NCBI GenBank assembly: GCA_051362555.1
Contig: CM120643.1
Coordinates: forward strand, 5,766,001-5,830,000
Direction: 5' to 3'
DNA: 64,000 bases
DNA from: Lingula anatina
Taxonomy: Eukaryota; Animalia; Brachiopoda
The notes under the pieces are model-generated. The model ran no database searches, was not told the DNA's origin, and saw only the letters and a program-made list of their open reading frames with translations. Positions 1 to 12,184 of this stretch are shown here, piece by piece (the first letter of the stretch is position 1; the number at the start of each line of letters is the position of its first letter). The translations under genes were made by a program, and so were the position numbers.

Positions 1-27
1 AACAACTATCCTTAAATTCCAGACAGG

Positions 28-290
28 ATGGATGTTGATCTGTTCTACGAAGAAGCCCCATTCCCGGGTCTGATCAACGAAGAGAACTTCAAAATCCATC
101 AACAGCTAGGGTAGAGAGCCTTTGGCAGAGTCTTCTTAGACTCTGAGCTGTCATTGGGCAACTTGGTGGCCATTAAATTCCTCAACAAAATGGACAGCCA
201 GGTGTTAGAAGATTTGTTTTATGAGGGACTACTCCTCTACGGCATAAATGAGGCAGTATCGGGGATCAAGATTGCGCCCAGGTTTATTTT
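28..290 (+). pseudogene. Protein kinase N-lobe fragment (subdomains I-III), disrupted
   Basis: Manual translation from ATG 28 gives ...FKIHQQLG*RAFGRVFLDSELSLGNLVAIKFLNK..LFYEG. This is a Gly-rich loop plus VAIK lysine, with an in-frame TAG at 112-114. Confidence 0.7.
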
Positions 291-711
291 ATGTCTTTCT
301 ACCTCCCTTCTATGCTTTTTTTAATTTTTTCAACTATTCAAAAATTTGTTTGCTTTTTCTTTAATATGTCAAAGGCAATAAGTGGCCAATCATTGTTTGT
401 GATTAATATTTTGATCGCTTTATTCTTATATGCAGTGCTGATTGAAAGAAGAATCTCACAATGACTTGAGAATAAAAGATGTTCATTTTTTATATTAGCC
501 CCTGCCTCAGACAAGCTAATTATTCACGGTTGAAAAGACATGAATATAAGGTGAGATATATGTGAAAATCAGGTTGGGCTTGATTTCTACTCAAAACTTA
601 TGTGGACATTTTCAGTCCATATGCTAGCAGGCGGCCATGTTTATTCCTGCCATGAGGTAGCTGCTACATGCTTACATAGGATAGATAGATGGACAAAGTG
701 TAACTTTTGTA

Positions 712-744
<33 letters not shown>

Positions 745-794
745 AGGGGTCTTTGAAAGGGACTTTGCACTCTATAGTATTGTTAAAAATAACA

Positions 795-1111
795 CAGGTA
801 TTCGCAGCGTTTATTTTAAAAAAATGTTTCGATTACATCAACAGAGATATTATGTTGTATAAGTTATTGATAAATGGGGTAGATGGAAATTTTATCGAGT
901 ATTGAAAAACATAAACTATCAAACAACTGCCTGTGTCAAAATCAAGTACACGTATACTGACTGGTTCAACTGTCGTACTGGTGTAGGGCAAGGCGACAAC
1001 ATCTCGCCAACTTTATTCTCTATTTTTGCAAGTGATATAGTAAGTGAAAGTCATGATCTAGGAGTTGGAATAACGTGGATGGATCTCTATCAACTACCCA
1101 AAATAAAATGA
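795..1111 (+). mobile_element. Non-LTR retrotransposon reverse transcriptase fragment, frameshifted
   Basis: AAFILKKCFDYINRDIMLYKL (cf. FIDxxKAFD) and WFNCRTGVGQGDNISPTLFSIF (cf. GVRQGxxLSPxLF) are split over ORFs 600..905 and 902..1111. Confidence 0.8.
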
Positions 1112-1568
1112 TCTTCGAAACCATTGCAAATTTTCTACTCGAAAACCTTGACATCACTCAATAAGCACTATCTTTTCTCTACTTGACCGAACTGATTTCA
1201 TTTTCTGATTTCATGTAATTTTCTTTGTAATTAATGTAATCCAATATGTATTTAGTTGTGTTGTATACATAAATTAGTTACAATCCTTTTCTTCTCCCTT
1301 TTTTTTCTTTCTTTCTGTATTTAATTTGTGGTAACTTTTGTGTTCCAATACTGAAATCTAATCTCTAATGTTTGTATTTAGCTGTGTACGTTAACTAGTT
1401 ATGACCTCCTTTGATCTTTTTTTTTTGTTATTATATGCCCTAGGGCATTTTTTTTACTAAAATGGAGAGATAAGTCTAATTTATTCGTATCCTTGATTTT
1501 ATATACTAGCTCCCCACGGGCTGCCACCATGGGTGGAGCACTTTTTCATGGTGTATTGACTTTATTCT

Positions 1569-1570
<2 letters not shown>

Positions 1571-1610
<40 letters not shown>
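1571..1610. repeat. (TA)n microsatellite
   Basis: Read directly from the sequence. Confidence 0.95.
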
Positions 1611-1619
<9 letters not shown>

Positions 1620-1753
1620 TCCTGTGCTTTTTGTGTATATGCATATACGTATCCGTTTGTTTTATTTATTTACTTAATTTTGTTTTACACGGAGAGCATC
1701 TCATGCTTTTAGCACTTTGCCTCCATTTCCTTTGAATAAACATTGTTAAAAAT

Positions 1754-1900
1754 GTGTTGCAGCCTATCAAAGTTGTTGGCAAATGGGTGATGGTTAGCAC
1801 TGACCTGATAGGCCCTCTGTCGTTATCAGAGAATGGCAATAAATATGTCCTCACTCTGTCAGACTACTACACCAAGTGGATGGAGACATACCCAATCCTT
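1754..1900 (+). mobile_element. Gypsy/Ginger(GIN)-type integrase core fragment
   Basis: LQPIKVVGKWVMVSTDLIGPLSLSENGNKYVLTLSDYYTKWMETYPI matches the start of rve (DLIGP...GNKY...DYxTKW). Truncated. Confidence 0.8.
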
Positions 1901-2207
1901 TTTAAGATCTATTGTATTGAATTCATTTTAAGGTTTGGACAAAGGATAGCTAGACACTAGTCTGTACCATGACTTCTTTGGTCAAGGACTAATTTTGGCA
2001 GCTCAATTTTAAAAATAAATCACCAATAATATACGATCTAATGACCTGAACCTAGAAGTAAAACTGATCTGCAATAGGTCATGTCATTATTTTGTTTATT
2101 ACATTTTAGGCAATTCCTGCATCATAAATCTTATAACTTAAGAAAATTGCACTGTATAATCATTCAAAATATAAACCTATACATTATCCTCCCTTGTTTT
2201 AATAGAT

Positions 2208-3480
2208 TTGATAAAGTTTCATATGGATAGATACACAGTTTTACTAAAAGAAAAAATGCCTAAAGATCGTCAGTACGGAGCTGTCACCAGCATACTTATT
2301 TTCACAACGTACTTATTTTGGCAGCTTCAGTGCCAAATAGTGCAGTACATATTTTGTCAACGTACATATTTTGGCACAACACCGGGTGAGAACTTTAGAG
2401 GTGTGCATCAGAGGCTGGATGACCTCTACAATAATGGTTTTAACCTTTCATACAAGGAAGAGATTTTGGAAGATTTCAAGAAGAATGCAAGTTCATGTCA
2501 TACTACTACTCCAAAAAGTGGCACACAACAGGACCTCCAAAAGCTAGAATACCTAAGCACCCTGTACCACTGAGCTCTCCACTTACTTCCAACAACTCAC
2601 ACCATGAGGAGGCGAGGGAGACCAAACACTATATTGCTGGATGTACAGAGTGGGCTAACCACATCAACAGACAGCTGGCAAGGACAGCGCACAAGGTCAT
2701 AGCCAGAGTAGACTTCAAAGGATGCCCTGGCTACGTAGAATTGAACAAAGCTGACATGGAGCAACGTCGTAAAAACCTAGGTCACATTCAGGATCTCAGA
2801 GGGTATGGACAACAGCCCATAGCAGTGGAAAGAGATGAGAGATACAATAATAGCCTGTTCAGTGGAGGGAACAAAACACCATACCAGCCAGCCACTCAGA
2901 CTGTGTACACTGTAGCAGAGAATGTGACCAGCCAGAAGGATGTTATTGGTGTTTACTCTGGTAACAAGCTCTGCCATACAGCTCACCTACTCAGAAGTTG
3001 AGGGGAAGATGTCTCTTGTCCAGATCACAGTGGAATCTGCACAGCCAATCTACGAGAAGAAGACAGCATTGGGGACAAGTTTAACCACTGATGGGGATAG
3101 CCAAGCCCAGCTGCATGTGACAATGTTGAAATTTTTTGGGACACATGACACTTTACCAAAACTCTGAAAAAACAAATAGAAAAAGCACCATTTTCTGGTC
3201 AAGTGTTTCCAGGAAAAACAAAATACACTAGAGACAAAATGCAAAAATGTTTTGCTCAGTGCATAGCAATGTGCTGCTATTCTGAATTTGATGCTTGCTT
3301 TAGAGCAAATAAAGGGAACATAGAGTTGATTAAAAGAGCACTGAGTTACGTCACTGACTATATACAGTTAGTTGTTACAGTGGTGATTGTCAAAATTGTT
3401 TAAAGTACTCATTAAAATGTAAAGGTGGCTCAGAAACTATTTCCCCTGCCTTTCATCTTTCTCCTTGCTAGGAAGGATCT
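2208..3480 (+). mobile_element. Decayed DDE transposase (Kolobok-related / Mutator-like transposase type)
   Basis: Motifs across frameshifted ORFs: IAVERDERYNN, ATQTVY, NKLC, HSGICTANL..DSIG, LTTDGDS, DT*HF. Several stops and frameshifts. Confidence 0.6.
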
Positions 3481-3734
3481 ACAAGACAGTGCTGCACCTA
3501 TTGGTAATTGAGTAATAGCAACTTGGGTAAATTACAAAAACTGTCTTTCATAAGTTAGTAGTCATACACATTGTAATTGGTTAACAGCATACTTATTTAA
3601 AAAAACATTCATATTTTCATTTTCATCTACCCAGGTGGGTGTATACATTACAATGAATAAACTATGAAACTATTAAAATCATAAATGCCCTCATCATATT
3701 ACACCATACACAATTCTTACTTTAAGACTATACA

Positions 3735-3922
3735 ACCATTGAACCAATGAAACCTCAGGCAAGTGAACCTTTAGACTAGCAAACCTTTGGAACAGCTGGA
3801 CATTTGCATCATCAAACTATCAGAACAATGAACCTATATTGACTATTGAACCTTTGGAACCATTGGATCTTGGCATCATCAAACTATCAGACCATTGAAC
3901 CCTCTGACTACTGTCATGCACC
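3735..3922. repeat. Degenerate short tandem repeats, probably a DNA transposon subterminal region
   Basis: Repeated ccattgaacc / aacctttggaac / gcatcatcaaactatcag motifs ending in tgtcatgcacc. Confidence 0.45.
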
Positions 3923-4314
3923 TGACAAATCATTTAACAATGAACTTATAATAATTTCATAAATTCACAAGATGGCAATATTTAGTAATTAAAATAAATA
4001 TCAGAATCAGAAATTACTTGAATTTGATATACTCAGGAAATACTGTAGCATCATATCCAAACTGCTAATGATAACAAAACAATATCATAAAATAATCCAA
4101 TCATGCTGATTTTCTAGAAGAATTAAAATTAAAACAAAAATACAGTTTATCAGTTATAGGATAAACAACAGATGTGTCATAAAGTGCTGACTATGGCAAT
4201 GACACTGGACAGACACAGTGATCAGAATATAGACAGACTGAGTGTCTGTATATAATAAATATGTGATAAAATTTGCATAATACAACTTAATGACCTCACA
4301 ATAACAGAGATCAT

Positions 4315-4640
4315 CTATAACACATCATATCTGACCTGAAATACATATTCACATTAAAAAATTTTCACTGATGTCTTTTTCTCTTCAGTGATGACTTATT
4401 GTCTACCACAATCTCACTATATGCTACCTCTACTAGTACTGTAACAGTTTCCATGCATATGGGGAAAATTATTATAACACATCACAACTGAGCTGAAATA
4501 TCAATTCACTTTTAAACATTTCCATTGTGCCTATTCGTCTTCAGTGATAGAGTATTGTCCAACACAATCTCCTTGCTTTATATACCCTGCCTCTATAGTT
4601 TCCATGCATATGGGGGAAATTGATTCTTTGTGTTACCTGG
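4315..4640. repeat. Degenerate ~170 bp direct duplication
   Basis: ataacacatca...ctgaaata...tcttcagtgat...acaatctc...gtttccatgcatatgggg occurs twice. Confidence 0.7.
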
Positions 4641-6039
4641 AACCCACATTTGTTGTGTAATTGTACTGTTCCATATAACTGGCTCCACAGGATCTGCTGT
4701 GTTTGGAAGTCTTGTTCTGGGTGGTTCTGGCAGCACTCTCTCTCACTCAGTATAAAATTGACCTCTTGGTCTGCCAGCAGTTCTTCATACAATTCCGGAA
4801 CTGTATTTCCTAAAAATATAGATGAAATGAGTGTTTGCAATGCAACTGGATCATCTCTGTAATATGCTTGATATATATCTTGATATTGCTCATATGTAAT
4901 GTGATCAAATTAAAATACAAATTTCATTTTATGTGTTTTTTGCACTTAATGACAATAAAACTTAAATTCACACTACAATTAAAACAGTAATATATTAATT
5001 TTATTCATAATAATCCATGCTTTCTATATTGAAATAATCATTGGTGTTTGTGTCTCTGCACAAAGGAAAGAGGAGAAACAAATTACCTATCTTTATTTGC
5101 ATAACAAAACAATCACAAACATTTGTCTGCTATCTGCAAGAGGTCCAGTCACCTGTTTACAATGGCTGTCCTGTCTCTGGCTGTTCATTCATCCTAAAAC
5201 TTGCCACATCCGTGTCTTGCACAACTGGGTGAGATGAAGATGTTCCTACTGCTTCCTTTTTATGTCTGCTTCAGTCTTATAAAATACATGTCCCCTATGT
5301 TCAGCCAGGTAAAGTCAGTTCACCTAGAAGACACCATGCTGTATGGAGACTGGAGCTGGAAAAAGAGACCAAAGAATTTATTAATGAAGTGACATAAACT
5401 ATCTTAATAAAAAGACAGAACCCTGACAGTTCACAAGAGACAGTAGAATATTAAAACTACGATATACTGCCAAATGTCCACCTAATATGACAGACATCAC
5501 AGTTGTGGTAACTGAACTGAGACAAGTTTAAAATGTCTCTTGGTTTAATTGGTCAGAAAGCTCAATATTCTTCTGATCACACAGCATATATGTTGCCACT
5601 GTATCTATTGCCACTGTTATCCGCAACAAAGTCAATGAAGAGCTGGTTACTTCACATGTGCTGAGTGTGTTGTGTGACAAAAGCACAGACACAGCTGTTT
5701 CCAAAAACTTTGTTATTTATGCCAGAATTTTAGACCAAGAAAATTTCAAGCCACAGGTAAGGAAAGTAGTTGGTGCCCTGCTCCATCTGTCCATAAGTGT
5801 GTTTTGAATTATGATCTGCCTCAGTTTCATGTTCCTTTCAGACGGAGGCAACTTCACATTGAGCATAGTGTTGCCAACATATTCGAACATAAAAATGATT
5901 ACTGGTCAAGTTCAATAGGAAAACAGTGTAAGCCCCATAGAATCTCATCTCCCATTTCCCACGACAAACCACTTCTTTCCAAAAGTGATGACAGTGAAGA
6001 TAAATATTTAAGGATACCAACACCAGTATGTCCTAAAAA

Positions 6040-6160
6040 TAAAAAGGACAGAGGGGATCCCAGCAATTTGCCCAAGAAATTATCTTTTGATGGAAATTGT
6101 GATAACTGGGAATCTTTCAGAATTAGGTTTGAAAGTTATCGCAAAGTAAAAGAGTAGTCA
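6040..6160 (+). mobile_element. LTR retrotransposon gag-like N-terminal fragment
   Basis: LPKKLSFDGNCDNWESFRIRFESYRKVKE* resembles the Gypsy gag FDG..W..F...F motif. Confidence 0.5.
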
Positions 6161-6163
6161 AAA

Positions 6164-6695
6164 AATGAAGCCATTGGTTTCCACCCAAGGCTAGCCGGCA
6201 AGCTTTCTCAAGGCAATCTGGACCAGGCAATTTAGACTTTCTCAGAGTTGGTTAAGATGCCCTTTTTTTAAGAAGCCAGGCATGTCCTGGTGGTGCACTG
6301 TAGGGGAGTGAGGGGAGACTCTGGAGACTGAAAGTTCTCCATAAGGTCACTTTTCTTTCATTTGAAACTGTGTGGTGTTCCTGGTCTCAGAGGATCCATT
6401 TTCACTGTTTTACAGGCACAAAGTCCCTTCTTGAAATTTGGGGAAGGCAGCAACCAAACACCTATTTTGGTTTCACCTGGGTTGCTGCCACCTTTAACAA
6501 AAACCAACTAGCAGCACTTAGGGCAGTACCTGACTCTAAACTTTTTTTGGAATCTGATGCTCCCTATTTTGCTTGAAAAAAGGTAACCCTTTCTACACCC
6601 TATACAATCTATGAAACTGCAGAGGTTCTGGAGGGGCACAGAGGGGTGGAAGCAGCTCACATTTTAAAAATCACAACTTAAAATGGTACTTCCTT
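6164..6695 (+). pseudogene. TatD-family DNase remnant, intronless, with stops and frameshifts
   Basis: Motifs in TatD order: AIGFHP, VLVVHCRG, IHFHCFTG, YFGF, LFLESDAPYF, STPYTIYETAEVL..HRG, ITT*N. Confidence 0.8.
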
Positions 6696-8764
6696 AAATA
6701 TAAAAGGGAGTAACCAGGGATCTGGAAATATATATACATGATGAAACTTCTTTAACTTTGGGCAATTCTAAAAAAACTATGAAAACTTCTTGGCACTGAA
6801 TTTAAAAAGAAAAATTCATATCTCCCTGAAGCCCCTCTCCTCCTCCTGATCCGGGAGTTCATCGGAAATATGAAAGTTACCATCAATATTTACAATATTC
6901 ATTTATTTATTTGATTATCATTCATTATTTATTTGTATATATCATTTTATAGATACACTGATGCACCTGCACTGCAGCAGCACTTATATGTATCACTTGT
7001 CATGCATTATACACATATGTACTGTATTTCAATATCAATAGCACTTATTGCATCATTGTGCATTCTATTGCAGGAAGCAATACAGCACCTTAGCACCAGT
7101 TTGTTACTAGGTACAGTGTACCAGCACAAGTATTTATTTCTATTTTATTATTTATTTAGAATTTTGGTCTATCACCAAATCCTACATGAAGAAATGTCCC
7201 AAACTTTTAAAATTTCTTTTTTTTTTTTGGCTTTCCAGTATTTATATTGTGGATAGACTATCACTGTATCAGTGATATGACTAACTGCTGAATCAACAGT
7301 TGTCAAAGTTAATCCTATATTTTTTTTCTCGGCAGACTATCACATATGTTAGAAATAAGGAACATTTTATTAAAGCTGCAATAAGCTCGTATCTGTTGTT
7401 TGATATTAAATATATTGTACACATTTCATGAAGTTAAGTTTGCATATGGTCTTCTTATGCAGCTTGAAGAGGGTATTTTGTACTATCGAAGAGAAAGAAC
7501 ACCAACTAATGTAGAAGACGGTAAAAAAAAATAACGGTGTGGGGAGAGTGGAGAAAGGTAGTAGAAAATGAGGAGGAAATGACCACCATACAGCAGCTGC
7601 ACAATGGAAACTGTTAAAAATCGACTTACAATAAATAAATGTTAGTTTTTTACTTATGTCTGACAGAAGATCGTGTCAAAACCTGAAATGCCCCAACTTC
7701 AAAATGCAAATTTCCTAAAATAACATAAGCGCATATATAACACAGTCTTACTCCATTATGGTTTACACTTGTTGATAAATAGTGTTATAATATTATGTTT
7801 AATATGATCATTTTTCTATTAAACATATGCTTTAATACAAAATTTCTATATTACAGAACACTACCAGAAGAGACGAAGATGAACCACAGCCATTTACTAG
7901 TGGAATAAATGAAAATTAACCCAAGTCAGACAGAATAAAATTGATTGTCATTCTTTCTTTCAATTACACCGGTGTGGCGTGATAGACCCGTGCCGTGACG
8001 AAACCGTTCTGCACATGCGCATTGAGGGTAGATTGAAAGAAGGGACTTCCGGTATGACGATATCGTCGTAGGTATTTTTGGAACTATTGACCTTTCAATT
8101 CGTAATTCAGTGGTTTTTGCCATGAGAGAGTATGTATTTGATAATCTTACAATAAACTCCACGGAGGAATGTTGGAAAAGTTTTATATAAACACCAAAGG
8201 AAGCGTGTGACACAGCCCTTATTACTGAGATTGTGATCGTGACTGAACTGTTTTGCTCTGTGATGAGGTTGTAGTAAGACTCGTAGTATAAATGTTTTCA
8301 CACTACAATGTTCTTTCAGTTTAGAGTTCAGTAATTGTTGTCGAGAGAAAGTGTGTGTTTGACAATAATATAACTTCCTCTATTGGGAAATGTTGGAAAT
8401 ACATATGTAGCTACGTGCTGTAAGTCAACTTTGTCAGTGTCGTGAATGTGACTGCGTTTGCATAAAGTCGTCGTAAGACTCGTATGAATGCTCATTATAT
8501 AATGTTAGATATGTTCACAGGTGTGTTACACGTCCAAAGTGAGAAGGTCGATGCATTCCCAACAGTCCACCTTCAAGTCAGTTTTTTTATATCATAAAGC
8601 TTTAACACATTTATTTTATTTCATTGTTCAGATTGATTGGCAGAAGAAAATAGCTTAAAATTATAGTGTGTGTTTGTGTGTATTATGATGATTACTTGTT
8701 GTATTTGTTCTATATTTTCACATCACCAAATAAACATTTTGTATTTTGTATCATATACTGTGTT

Positions 8765-9655
8765 CTTTTTATGTACAGACACAGATGTGTCTGTACATAT
8801 AGCCATCATCTGCGTCTGTCGTCGCCGTCGCCGTTGTTGCCGTCGTCGCCGTGCACTTTTACCGATAACACGATAAGTGGAAAACTGTTTTTTATTTCAG
8901 CTTGAAACTTACAGAATTGATGAATATTTATAATATGCAGGTCAAGTTCGAAAATCAGCATGATCGGGTCACTTGTAGGGAAGTTATGCTGTTTTTTCAC
9001 TTTTTTCAGCATATATGCAGCACCGATAACACGATAAGTGGAAAACCATTTTACCTTTTGGTTTGAAACTTACAATACTGATGAATATTCATAATACGCA
9101 GGTCAAGTTCGAAAATCAGCATGATCGGGCCATTTTTTGGGAAGTTATGCTGTTTTTTCACTTTTTTCATCATATATGCAGCACCGATAACACGATAAGT
9201 GGAAAACCATTTCACCTTTTGGCTTGAAACTTACAGAACTGATGAATATTCATAATACGCAGGTCAAGTTCGAAAATCAGCATGATCAGGTCACTTGTAG
9301 GGAAGTTATGCTGTTTTTTTCACTTTTTTCAGCATATATACAGCACCGATAACACGATAAGTGGAAAACCCTTTTACCTTTTGGCTTGAAACTTACAGAA
9401 CTGATGAATATTCATAATACGCAGGTCAAGTTCGAAAATCAGCATGATTGGGCCATTTTTAGGGAATTTATGCTGTTTTTTTCACTTTTTTCAATATAAA
9501 TGCAACACTGATAACACAATATAAGAAAAACGGATTGGCCAATTGTCATTATACTCACAGAAGTTGTCAATCTTACTAAAACGCAGGTTGAGTTCAAAAA
9601 TCAGCATAAGCGGGCCATTATTTTAGAAGTTATACTGTTTTTTCACATTTCCTCA
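8765..9655 (+). mobile_element. Helentron-associated (HINE-like) element with ~161 bp internal tandem repeats (about 5 copies)
   Basis: T-tract, a 12 bp hairpin tgtacagacaca-ga-tgtgtctgtaca, a (GTC/GCC) microsatellite, then units starting caccgataacacgataagtggaaaa at about 8861, 9022, 9183, 9344 and 9506. Confidence 0.7.
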
Positions 9656-10049
9656 GATTCAATTATTAGGCATGTTAACAGTCTCATTATTGAACTAATA
9701 AGATGCGTAAAAGTGTTTGTTTGATATTTCCTGCATCTTTACAACATTGTTAGTTGATTATGTAAAAAACATGGTAAACTTGTTATCATGTAATGTGTAA
9801 TAAAGTGTCAAAAATGGAAATAAACTCATATCATTGCAGTTTGTCAGATTTAATCATCCACTATGTTCAGAATCTCAGAATGGAGGAAATTGGACATTTA
9901 ACACTGTTCTATTGATACTTTTCCCATCTCATCAATTTTTTTAGTTGGCCATATAAAAATGGCAGTAAAATGTTTATTTTGTTTTATGTTAAAAAAGTGT
10001 TAAAAATGGAACTAAACCCATTTCAGAACAGTGCTGTCTTGTTTACATT

Positions 10050-11600
10050 TTGGCATTTTCAAGATGTGACTTTGAAGTTCCATGGGCCTGAAGACCTTTG
10101 CTAGTCACATTTTCTGAATATCCGTGATACTAATATCTTATAATTAAAAATTGATGGTCATTATGCTGTTAAACATTATGTAATATTGCATCAAAATTTG
10201 AAGAAACCCCTATTTTGGGCACTGCTCCCATGATGACCATTTAAGGAAAATCATGTCACTTACTGTTCTCAAACTTACAGGAAAGAAACATGGGACTAAA
10301 ATATAGCTTCAGTAGGCAATGCAGTCTGTTTGGTAATTTTTTCTGGCAATTAAACAGTTTTTTTGTGAAAATTTAATTTTTCACATGTTGGCATTTTCAA
10401 GGTGTGACTTTGAAGTTCCATGATCCTGAAGGCCTTTGCTTGTCACGTTTTCTGAATGTCCATGTTACTAATATTTTATTAATAACATTTGATGGTTATT
10501 ATGCTGTTAAACATTATGTAAGGTTGCATCAAAATTTGAAGAAACCTCTATTTAGGGCACTGCTCCTATGATGACCATTTAAGGGAAATCATGTCACTTG
10601 CTGTTCTCAAACTTACAGGAAAGAAACATGGGTCTAACATACAGCTTCAGTAGGCAATGCAGTCTGTTTGGTAAAATTTTCTGGCAATTTAACAGTTTTT
10701 TTGTGAAAATTTAATTTTTCACTTATTGGCAATTTCAAGGTGCAACTTAGAACCTCCACGGGCTTGAAGACCCATACTAGTCACATTTTCTGAAAATCCA
10801 TGATGTATATTTTATTATTAAAAATTGATGGTCATTATGCTGTTAAGCATTATGTAATGTTGCATCAAAATAGAAGAAAACACAATTTTTGGTGCTGCTG
10901 CCATGATGACCATTATGGGAAAACCATGTTACTTATGATTGTCAAACTTTCAAAAAAGAAACACATGGCTAAAATGCAGCCCGAGTTGGAAAAGCAGTCT
11001 AATTGGCTTCTTTTTCTGGAAGTTATACATTTTAGTGAAATATTCATTATCTTTTTGGCATATTCATGGTGGGACTCAGAGCTCCCATGGGCATGAAGCC
11101 GTATGGTAATCAAATTTTCTACATGTCCATGCTATTTATAGTCAATAATCAAAAATTGGTGATAATTATTCTATAATTTATTATGTAATGTTACATCAAA
11201 ATTGACAATAATCTTTTTGCACTGCTACTGCAAACATTATGAAAAGAAAACTGTGTTTATCATTATATTTAACTTATAAGTATGATTTTTAGGATTGGCA
11301 TGTAGTTCAAATTACAAAGCCAGGTCAATTGGGTTATCATTTATTATTGAATTTTATGCAATTTTGTGTGAAATTTTCATTTTTCTCATTCTGGCACTTT
11401 CTAAGCATAAACTTGAACTCTGATGGGCCTGAAGCCTTATGCTTTTATTTTCGTCGGTGTTACCTGTTGTGCAAAATTAAAATTTAATGTTGACTGTGCA
11501 GTTAAACATAATGTATTATTGCATCAGAATTGGTAGTCTCCTATTTTGTGCATTATTGTTTTGTGCTTTTCTTAAGTTGTGACTTATGGGCCTGAAAGAC
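10050..11600. repeat. Degenerate ~338 bp tandem repeat (about 4-5 copies)
   Basis: ttggcattttcaag..gtgactttgaagttccatg..cctgaag recurs at about 10050, 10388, 10726, 11065 and 11390. Confidence 0.75.
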
Positions 11601-11819
11601 CTTTGAGAGGGTTAGTCTGTCAATTTCCCTTGGGTATCACTTAGCTAATTTCGGTGTTATAATTTGCCTAATTGATAGGCCATTAAATGAGATTACATAA
11701 AGCACACTTGTTGATATTTCCCTGTAAACTCCCAAAGGTAAAGCTCTCTGCTAGATTAATAATAAGGAAGCAATGATAATTATGCAGGTAAATTTTGTTT
11801 AATATTGCAAATAAGTTTT

Positions 11820-11821
<2 letters not shown>

Positions 11822-11876
<55 letters not shown>
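11822..11876. repeat. (TA)n microsatellite
   Basis: Read directly from the sequence. Confidence 0.95.
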
Positions 11877-11882
<6 letters not shown>

Positions 11883-12184
11883 TAAAAGTTTGAATAGCAG
11901 CTTCATTGGAATTATATTTACCTCTGCCAAGGAGGTTATATTTTCACCCCTGTTTGTCTGTCATCAACATAACTCAAAAAGTTATGGACCAATTTTGCTG
12001 AAAATTTCAGGAACTGTCAGAAGTGGGCCAAAGAGGACAATAATCAATAATAATCAACAATTGCTGCCTTGTTAATTTTTTTCTCAAACACTGGCATTTG
12101 TGACTTATAACTTCCATCCACCTGAGGCTCTGCTCATTTTCTGTATTTCCACATAAGCAGTTGTATTGTTTTTTATGTCTTTAA

